Part shown: positions 55,597 through 64,000 of the stretch, piece after piece | How positions within the stretch are numbered: position 1 is the first letter of the stretch | Layout: every line of letters begins with the position of its first letter | From: Chrysomallon squamiferum | Taxonomy: Eukaryota; Animalia; Mollusca | DNA length: 64,000 nt | Assembly: GCA_012295275.1 (NCBI GenBank) | Contig: CM022671.1 | Span: forward strand, 33,294,001 to 33,358,000 | Reading direction: 5' to 3' | Position numbers and translations under genes: made by a program | Notes under the pieces: generated by a model | What the model was told of the DNA's origin: nothing | Databases searched by the model: none | What the model saw: the letters and a program-made list of their open reading frames with translations, nothing else

Positions 55597-56391
55597 ATGT
55601 TGTAACCTTAAATTAATATTTCTGCATTTTGTGATTTATTATTATTATTGTTATTATTTATATTTTTCCTTTGTTTGAACAAAAAATTATAATAATAATA
55701 TATTAATTCAAAAACTGAAACTATTAATACATCCTTGCAAACTCGATGGTCCTGAAAATAAAAATATCGATATCAGGGCGAATTAGAAAGGTTTATCGTT
55801 CTTGTTTCGCCTGCGACGTTGTGAATGAATCGTTGTGAATTTGAGAGTATGTTACAATGGACGTGTATGTGTGTGTAACGATTGTAATAAATATATTTTC
55901 CTTCTTGCTAGATAGCGGTTTTTAATTTTTTTCTTTCACTGTGAAATTTGCTTGTTTCTAGAATGTATTCCAAGTTGACATTACGTCGGTCTCCTACTTT
56001 AAGCAGTTACATTGTTTAAAAGTTCTTTGCCTCTTCCACTGTGTGCAATTATTATACTGTCTATGTACTGACAAAATCACATTCAGGAAGATCTCTTGGG
56101 TGTTCGTGCATGCGCGCGTATTTTTTATAAATAATTGGGGATCTTTTTATACTGCTGTTAATATTTAGATAGAGATCTAACCATAGTATATGATCGACAT
56201 ATATGTGAAACCAGTTTGCATAAACTGTCAGTGCAATAAATTTCAACACTTAACAACATGAAAAGAAATTATGTATCGGCAGCTTTAATGTTGTTTGTTT
56301 ACCCTTTCACCATAATTATTCATTTAACTTCATCATGACTGTTTAACAAACTAAAACATTTTGATAATTTTAACTTCCAAGTTATGTTTTA

Positions 56392-56434
<43 letters not shown>

Positions 56435-56564
56435 AATGAAAGTCTAATAACAAAAGAATGCAGTTTAAATATATAAGAGCGTCACCATCTTTCAGGTGTG
56501 ACGTATTTACGTACAGGTCGGTCCGATTTGACCAAGTTTCTTCCAACATTGTAAGAAACAAATA

Positions 56565-56962
56565 CAGTGGTACCTTGGCTCGGTCGATTTTTTGCGTTGA
56601 GTTGCTAGCCAAAATCCGAGTTAAGCCATGGATCGTAAGAAAGTGATTGCAAAGGACAATGCTGAGAAGAAGGAGCGGATGATGTCCATTGAATTAAAGC
56701 ATGAAATCATAGAAAAACATGAGCGAGGTGTGCATGTAGTCGACTTGGCTAGGCAGTACGGGCTTACTACTTCTATGATATGTACCATAAAACACGTTAG
56801 AAAAAAAGAAAAGAAAAAAAAAAGGGGGTGTTTTTGGGGGGCTCGAACGGATTAATGGTATTTCAGTTAAATTCCCTTGGGAAAACTGATTTGATATACG
56901 AGCAAATTGAGTTACGAACTCAGTTACGGAACGAATTGAACTCGTATGTCAAGGTACCACTG
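56565..56962 (+). mobile_element. Internally deleted Tigger/pogo (Tc1/mariner superfamily) DNA transposon, 398 bp
   Basis: Perfect 13-bp TIRs CAGTGGTACCTTG / CAAGGTACCACTG, TA target duplication on both sides (56563-64, 56963-64), internal transposase N-terminus. Confidence 0.92.
56628..56790 (+). pseudogene. Truncated Tigger transposase N-terminus (CENP-B-type / psq helix-turn-helix)
   Basis: MDRKK...MMSIELKHEIIEKHERGVHVVDLARQYGLTTSMICTI matches the N-terminal HTH of Tigger/TIGD transposases; no DDE domain follows. Confidence 0.85.
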
Positions 56963-57707
56963 TACTACTCCGTGCACAATGTACTGGGTGACGTCAAAAC
57001 TTCTGTTGTGAATTAGTAAAATGACGGCGTTAAGAAATTGTAACAGTAATTTTGACTGTCATTCTGCGTTATGTGCGATGACACGTCAGCCAAAACAAAT
57101 ATACTTATGACTCAAAAGTACAATAAATTTTACTCCTACAGGTATACTTAAATGTATTTTATATTTTGTTTAAATGTTGACTTTTAACATTAACAAGTGT
57201 CTTTATTTTCATTTCAGGTATTTTTTGTTTTATGCTGTCGTTGCTTCAGGAACTGCAGCATCTGAATGGATAATAAAAATATTTCTTGTGTAATTACTTT
57301 CTGTGTGTATGTGCGTGCTTGCGTGTGCGTGTAGTGTGTGTATGTGAAGATACAATATATATATCTGTAACGGTTCACACCGATACATCCACCACTAATT
57401 AGTTCATTAATCTAAAAGCATTCTGGTACTAATTAAGAACACTTTTCTTCCCTTGCTGTTATACGTTGTGAAATAGAAAACACTGTCTCAAATGCAAATA
57501 TCCGAATATTTCCAGTGGAATTTCGAATAGTGCCAGTTTATGAAAATAAAAATAATCTTTTCAATTGGATTGCTATTAACAGAAATTCAAATATTCCTTC
57601 GAAAGACACTAAGACTGTTCTATGTTACTGTTCTGAACGAAGGTTAAATAGTCAGACGAATGGAATCTCCGTCACGAGAATCCGAAACAGTGGGAGAGAG
57701 CAATGTT

Positions 57708-58967
57708 CTAGTTTGATTGTTCCGAATATCGCAGTACGCTTATCAGACTAATTTGCTGAACCGATTCCCGAGTTTCCTGCTGCGCAACTTCCAGTTGTCT
57801 AGGCGTAATTTTACGTCTTCTACCGGGCTTCAAGCTGCGGGATAGTCTGTCTCTGAAACTGCTGCTTAAACAAACACAGAACAAGAAATTGAAAGGACAA
57901 GTGGCTATCACTAAAAAATTTGAGACCACGGAACAAGCACCGAGAGCATCTTTCGGTACAAGATCACTTTTATGATACTGCTGTACAAAGGTGATCAGAA
58001 GATTCGCAGCATAGAACGACTCGACGAGAAGAATTCTGAAAGCTATTAGCAACAGCATCGCCGACGTCCTGACTGTCAGCCACAGCTCTGCATTCTGCAA
58101 GTGTTTGTTCCCAATCACCAGTCGACGTCTGTAGTTGAAGCTGGAGTATGTTACTCTCACTAGAAGAATGTTGAAAAACGTTAACAGGACGCACGGTAAG
58201 ACTTCGGCAAGGGCAAGTTTGATCCATGTGTATAGATAGTTGAAGGAATCGAGGGACACACCTATACGTAGTCTCAGAGAACACGTGTTCACGATAGCAA
58301 TGCTAGACTGGTCAAAAAACCTTTTCCCCACGACCTTGATGGGCTGTACGTACACAAGCAGTAGAAATGAATGCAAAACACAAGAAAACAGAACTATTCC
58401 TGCAATGGTCATTGAAACTCCTTTATATCCTGTGATACAAGTTAGACAGTGTTTGTTGGATATGCCAGAATAACGTTGTAAGGACAGCAGGACAGTCAGC
58501 CATAAGGAAGTTGTATGTAAAACGACTGGAACAATAACTGTCCCGTAATGAAAAACGTGACACCATAGCACAGAAGGGTAACTTTTATAACCTTCAAGGG
58601 CGTAGATGTAGATAAAATGCGGCAACGTTGCCAATCCTGTTAAAGTATCTGCTACAGCAACAGCAGCAAGAATGACGTTCGTTGGCGACCTCAGCCGTTT
58701 GGTAAGTATATTTCTTGTAAGAATGATATTTAACACAAATGTTATGAAGATAATTACTGGGGCTGCATATCCGTAAAGCGGTTTTGCCAAATCTACAGGT
58801 TCAGTCTTTTCCAGATCCAGGACATTTTGCAGCTGTCTGCTCTTTATGGCGATCTTTGACAGATTGGAGCTGAAATTCTGGAATTTTATCAGAGATGACA
58901 CATCTTTTTCAGGCCAACCAAATCGAGAAGATAAGGACGACAAACACTGATGATATGTTTCGTTCAT
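57708..58967 (-). CDS. Intronless class A (rhodopsin-like) GPCR, sex peptide / myoinhibitory peptide (allatostatin-B) receptor-like, 419 aa
   Basis: Seven hydrophobic segments; N-terminal N-glycosylation sequons (NET, NFS, NLS); PLYGY before TM1, SPTNVILAAVAVADTL (TM2), HTTSLWLTVLLSLQRY (TM3, QRY as in SPR), LPCVLLTFFN (TM5), PFNF...SSSFR (TM7/H8). Confidence 0.93.
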   Translation of the reverse strand: MNETYHQCLSSLSSRFGWPEKDVSSLIKFQNFSSNLSKIAIKSRQLQNVLDLEKTEPVDLAKPLYGYAAPVIIFITFVLNIILTRNILTKRLRSPTNVILAAVAVADTLTGLATLPHFIYIYALEGYKSYPSVLWCHVFHYGTVIVPVVLHTTSLWLTVLLSLQRYSGISNKHCLTCITGYKGVSMTIAGIVLFSCVLHSFLLLVYVQPIKVVGKRFFDQSSIAIVNTCSLRLRIGVSLDSFNYLYTWIKLALAEVLPCVLLTFFNILLVRVTYSSFNYRRRLVIGNKHLQNAELWLTVRTSAMLLLIAFRILLVESFYAANLLITFVQQYHKSDLVPKDALGACSVVSNFLVIATCPFNFLFCVCLSSSFRDRLSRSLKPGRRRKITPRQLEVAQQETRESVQQISLISVLRYSEQSN

Positions 58968-61900
58968 ATTTTGAAATATTACAATAATAATAATTAAAAA
59001 TATAGAAAAATTGGTCAGTTAATTTTTACTTTCAGTCGAATAATTTTAATTTACATTTCTCAAATTACATTGTTGTTACATTTGTTATCGTTATTTCTTT
59101 TAACAATATTCTGAGTATCTTATGCTTTCACAAGCATTATAATTTTTACTTTTAGTTCCAAAACATCGCTGGAAGAAACTGTTTATATTATTTTATCCAT
59201 TTTTCATTCCGCCAGCATAAATTTCTATCTTTAAAACATATTGTAGAACTGTATTTTCCGACGAAATCAACACCCAGTTTTAATAAACAGTAAAGTATCC
59301 TATACACATATATTTTTCTTTCTTTTCTATATGTCTGCCCTAAACTTTCCAAGTACAGTCTCGAAATTCTTCTTATCTTTTTCGTTTTCCTCCTTCGCAC
59401 ATTAAAATTCTTTCAAGAACTTCATAAGAATTAGAAAACGTGATTTCACGCAGCATTTTCATTTTTTTCTGACAGTCTGCCAAATCAAAATCTATCTTAT
59501 ATTATATTTCTATTTTTTTTTTCTTTTTACGTTTTCACGTCTACTTGATTGAAGAGGATCAAACAAATGACTAATAGGTTCGTCTCAGTTATACTGTATT
59601 ATTATTTATTCCTATACTGGCTTTAAACTTGGATACAGGCGTATGCAAACTCCGACTGCTTTTTCTGAGAAACATTCCGACCTGAATTTTCGATCAGTGT
59701 ACTTAAGCTCTCACAAAGCAAATTAGCACAAGTGAAATTTAAACAACATTGATTGAGTGTAGCGGATAATCATATTTACCTTAATCCGCATTAAACGGAT
59801 CACGTGTCTTGTTCTCACAAAATACAATACATAGTGTCACATAGCATAATAACATTATTATTTTCTTTAGAGGTATTTTTATTTTGACATGACTGACTGT
59901 AGAGACGTCAGCATCAGAAATCTCAGAAATGAGCTCTATGAACAGAAAATGCATCTGGTGTCAGTAAATAACTTACATTTTGTAAACTTTTTAAAGATTG
60001 TTTTCGGTTTTTTGTATGTTTGTTGTTATTGTTTTTTTTTTTTTTTTTTTTTTAAATTAAAATGTACTTGAGGTTTACTGAAAAAACAGACTAAAACCAT
60101 TTTAATGTAATTACCACACTTTTTGTTTTTGTTGTTGTTTGTGTTTCCAATATCTTTATGACTATAAAAACAACGAGAGCAAAAATGTTTCGTAAACTAT
60201 TTTATGATTTTTTTTTTGTACGTTTTTCTTAAAAAAAAAAAAAAAAAAAAAAATAAAAATATATAAAAATAATAAATACATTGTTTAATCAGTGGAAAAG
60301 TCAACAAAAATCTACATCGATGTGAATTAATTACACTGGCAGTGTTATGCAAATAGGCTTCTCATATGTCATTCTCCAGCCCAGTCAGAGTTTGCCCATA
60401 TTTGTGCTATTTAAAAAAAAAAAAAAAAATTTAATTGTTTTGTATGGTTGCTAGGAAAAAAAATAGTGCTTAGAAATAAAAAAAGGAATATGGAAGTACA
60501 AAAAATAAATAACTGAGGCTTTTTTTTTATTAGTAGTACAACAGTACAATTACTACTTCTGATTCTCTAAAAAATTCTACTATCACTACTACATCTACTA
60601 GTACTACTACTATCACCACTACAGTTGTATCAACAGTAACATTAACGATAATGAATCAATTCTTATTAAATCAGATTTCTATGCTGACGGATGAAAATTA
60701 AACAAATAAATGAAACTTTTTGTCTGTGACAGTCATGGTCTTTATCCTCTGTTTGAGGCGTTGTCCTAAATCAGGCGTTCTAGGTGCCCCTCGTTAAAAT
60801 CCAGTAGTGAATATTTATTTAGTTTTCATCAGTGATTTTAACGAGAGAAATTAATGTAGTGCATGTATGTTCAGGGGCTAGAGTATGAAGGAATGAACTT
60901 AATGAGCTCATGTGATTAAGAATTAATTTTGTAATATTTTATCAGGAATGCTTTGCTACTTGAGATTAGTTTAGTATATATTGTACCATTACTAAAAAGA
61001 ACAACATAATTATTATTATTAAAAAAGTTTATTGTATTGCACTGAATGTGTGATTTTAAAGTCTCATTATGAATAGTCTATTAAATCTTAGTTCGACGCA
61101 AACATGAAATTTTTGAAATATAACAGTAATTGTTATCCAAAATAAACAAAGAAGCAAACAAACAAATAAACATACAAACAAATAAATAAATAAATAAACA
61201 AACACGTAAATAAACAAATAAAGAAAGAAACAAGCAAGCAAACAAACGAATTATGTTTATATTGGACGAAAATGCAAGAACCCAGGAAGTGTTTAGGTAG
61301 TTATTAAATCCACTTACATTGGGGATTTATTTAAGTCAAATTAGCTGCTGTTAATACAGAGCAGTATCATTCAAATACATATCATAGTGTCCGGTTATTT
61401 CAAAGTGCGAATTATCTTTTTGGGCTAAATAACATTCAGGTGAATAATATTTATTTTGGTGTGCAATTTTTACTTTTTAACAATGACGAAATTTTTCACA
61501 GATCCTATTTGACTATGTAATAAATAAATAATGATTATTTTTTTTATGTCGGAGTATGATCACATTTATATTCGGATTCGCTTCTATGGAAGTGGTATTC
61601 TTCAAATAGTAATATATGCATAACATTTTTTTTTGTGTTAAGTAATCTCCAGTTGTCCTTTATTGACCGATCTTAGAGACAGTAAATCCAATTGATTCTT
61701 TAAGTTTACTGAATAATCGTATTAAAATAACTGACTAACAAACTAACTAACTAAAAAAAAAAAAAAAAAAAGAGAAAGAAAGAAACGAAAAGAAATTGTG
61801 ACTAAAACAAAAAACAGTATTAATAACATAAAAGAAAAAAAATATATATAAAAAAATAAGCATGCAAGCAAGCAAACTAGCAACATACATGCGCGCGCTG

Positions 61901-62249
61901 AAATTGCTTATATTTTGACAGCAGTAATTACTTATAATTAAAATAATTATAACTTCGGATGTATTTCTAATGGCGTTTTGTTTGTTTTGTTTTAATCCAA
62001 ACCAAATTTAATTAAAAAATCAATAAATAAATCAATAATAAATTTAAAAAAAAAGAAAAAAAAAAAAATCAAATTTAATATATTATAAAATTAGCATTAC
62101 ATCTGGAGAAAATAAATAAATAAATAATAACAATAACAATAAAAATAATAAAAATAAAAATACAATACAATACAATACGATACAAATGAAAAAGGTTTTG
62201 ATAAGCGAACATAGCACTGTTTTATATTATAATTAACAATTAAAACGTC

Positions 62250-62430
62250 TTAATAAAGCGGTCAGGCGTACGATATTAATAAAGTACTTCCGAGAACAGG
62301 AAGATCAAGATGAAACATTTATGAACTAAGCGCGAGGCGTAACGGTCGCTTCGTGAAAAGTCGACTCTCTACGGGCCGTACGAAATACGTGACAATGCAG
62401 AACACAGGGAAAAACCCGAATGCTAATTTT
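62250..62430 (+). promoter_or_regulatory. CpG-rich putative promoter / non-coding first exon of the CARD gene
   Basis: Local CpG cluster; TTCCGAGAA (STAT GAS consensus TTCN3GAA, 62288-62296) flanked by ETS cores (ACTTCC, CAGGAAG); GGGAAAAACCC (Rel/Dorsal-type, 62407-62417). Confidence 0.45.
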
Positions 62431-62680
62431 ATACTCTTTTCTCCGTAAAAATAGTTTTAACCAATAGATAACTGGATTACAAATTGAGTTCAAAATCCAG
62501 CCAATCAGTTTTATTGCTGTACATTTGTATGGAAAGATCCGAAGATTCCCTGTAAGATGATGCAGTTCATCACAAAACCACAAACAAACCGCAGTAAACT
62601 TTAATAAGTAATTAGTAAACAGATATTCATTCATTCAATTATTTATTTATTTACTGTCAGGAATTGGATTATAATAAAAC

Positions 62681-62800
62681 ATGGGTCCGACTAAAGAAGA
62701 AGATCTGGTAAGAAGGTTGACACCAAAATTTATGGAATTGATTGACCCATCTACATTTATGATTCATCTTGAAGTTCATGTTCTCACTTCCATTGATGAG
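62681..62800 (+). CDS. First coding exon of a MAVS/RIG-I-like-receptor-type CARD protein: MGPTKEEDLVRRLTPKFMELIDPSTFMIHLEVHVLTSIDE
   Basis: Acceptor TTACTGTCAG at 62660, AAACATGG start context, 40 open codons, perfect donor GAG|GTAAGT (phase 0). Too short for the ORF track. Confidence 0.85.
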
Positions 62801-62951
62801 GTAAGTGACAATTTAGATCCATCAAGTTGTGTCACTAATTAAGTGAGAATTTGTTTGTAATGTTTTTACTGGTAACACACTTTCTGTGGATACTGAAAAC
62901 TAATCATCAACAAGTGATTCTTTGTACCAAAAAGAGAAGAACAAAAAAATA

Positions 62952-62994
<43 letters not shown>

Positions 62995-63049
62995 GAATCA
63001 AAATTATCAATTTGAGCCAGTAACTGATAATCATTATTCTTTTTATGTA

Positions 63050-63102
<53 letters not shown>

Positions 63103-63292
63103 ATAGATCTGTGGATAGATATATACATTTGTATAAAGCCTTTTTATGAAACATCAACATTTCTTTCTTACATCGTTAATTATATCAGTTACAGTATTGC
63201 ATTATAATTATTCTGTTGTGAAATAGAAGAAAAATTTCTATTTTTTTTTATCATCGTACAATATTTACTGACGTTTAAATAATAATAATATT

Positions 63293-63333
<41 letters not shown>

Positions 63334-63597
63334 CAATATAGTTTAATATAAAGACATTCTACTTGTATTCTGGTTTATTACATTATAATTTTCTGAACAC
63401 ATTCACTCTGATTGGTAAATGTTATTTTCTCTCACTGACCAGTGATGGAGCTGGTTGGCAATGGTGATCATGTTTAGTGACTGTCACAGTCAAAATGTCC
63501 ATTAGTAACATTATCTGCATCTCATTATAACTTCAGACAGTTCAACCCCCCCACACACAAACCCTTTTATAGCATTCATTTTTTGTTTTTCTGGTAG

Positions 63598-63763
63598 AGT
63601 TTGATAGAGGCTGAAGAAAAGTGTAAAGGAAGACAATATGCAGCGAAAAAATTGTTGGATATTCTTTCTAGAAAAGAAAACTGGTTTGAGAAAATAATAG
63701 AAACTCTGAGAATTGAAGAGGTGAAGTTGAGCCATGTTGCAGATAAATTTCTACAAATTAAAA
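63598..63763 (+). CDS. Second coding exon of the CARD protein: SLIEAEEKCKGRQYAAKKLLDILSRKENWFEKIIETLRIEEVKLSHVADKFLQIK; gene continues beyond the window
   Basis: Acceptor TTTTTGTTTTTCTGGTAG, in frame with the previous exon, donor AAA|GTAAGT (phase 1). The G..AA..LL..L....W....I..LR......L..VAD pattern fits CARD helices 4-6 of the MAVS/RIG-I/MDA5 family. Confidence 0.85.
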
Positions 63764-64000
63764 GTAAGTATTTTTTAAAAATTATTACTGAAACAAAAGG
63801 TTTCATGCTAAAATACCTCACATATATCATTACCAGAGAGACAACTGTAACAAATATTGAATCACATTCATATAGTACTTCCCAGTATATATGTATATAT
63901 ATATTATAAAAGGTAACCGTAACAGATTACTGACAACTGTAATAAATTATATTATTTAACTGGTTTATATAATTTGATTTAAAAAAACCCACAAACCACA

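Noticed and set aside
57108-57402. Possible small plus-strand spliced ORF (MTQKYNKFYSYR|YFLFYAVVASG...) using a good acceptor at 57217
   Set aside because: Weak donor (GTATAC) and the frame runs into TG-repeat sequence; a non-coding exon cannot be excluded but is unsupported
57970-58473. Alternative-frame and antisense ORFs within the GPCR
   Set aside because: Shadows of the real 419-aa CDS
61782-61795. ISRE-like GAAACGAAAAGAAA upstream of the CARD gene
   Set aside because: Embedded in an A-run/(GAAA)n low-complexity tract, so expected by chance

Overview
AT-rich, microsatellite-rich animal genomic DNA, most likely a gastropod mollusc (inferred from composition and a SINE-like repeat recognised from memory). 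Most ORFs in the supplied track are noise. The window has two domains. (1) Positions 1-~46,860 are almost free of CpG, are A/CA-skewed on the + strand and hold no convincing long coding exon. I read this as a >46 kb, probably methylated intronic region of a large minus-strand gene whose CpG-rich promoter/first exon lies at ~46.9-47.7 kb. It contains a near-consensus recursive splice site with a 59-nt cryptic exon (junction 18878/18877), an apparent ~0.9-1 kb oscillation in base composition, a ~134-bp hairpin, a ~730-bp foldback and a templated insertion. (2) Positions ~46,860-64,000 retain CpG. They hold a candidate two-exon orphan gene (153 aa, minus), an internally deleted Tigger/pogo transposon, an intronless divergent sex-peptide/MIP-receptor-like GPCR (minus), and the first two coding exons of a MAVS/RIG-I-like CARD gene (plus) with STAT- and Rel-type motifs upstream. 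Splice models and motifs were read by eye; nothing was computed or searched.
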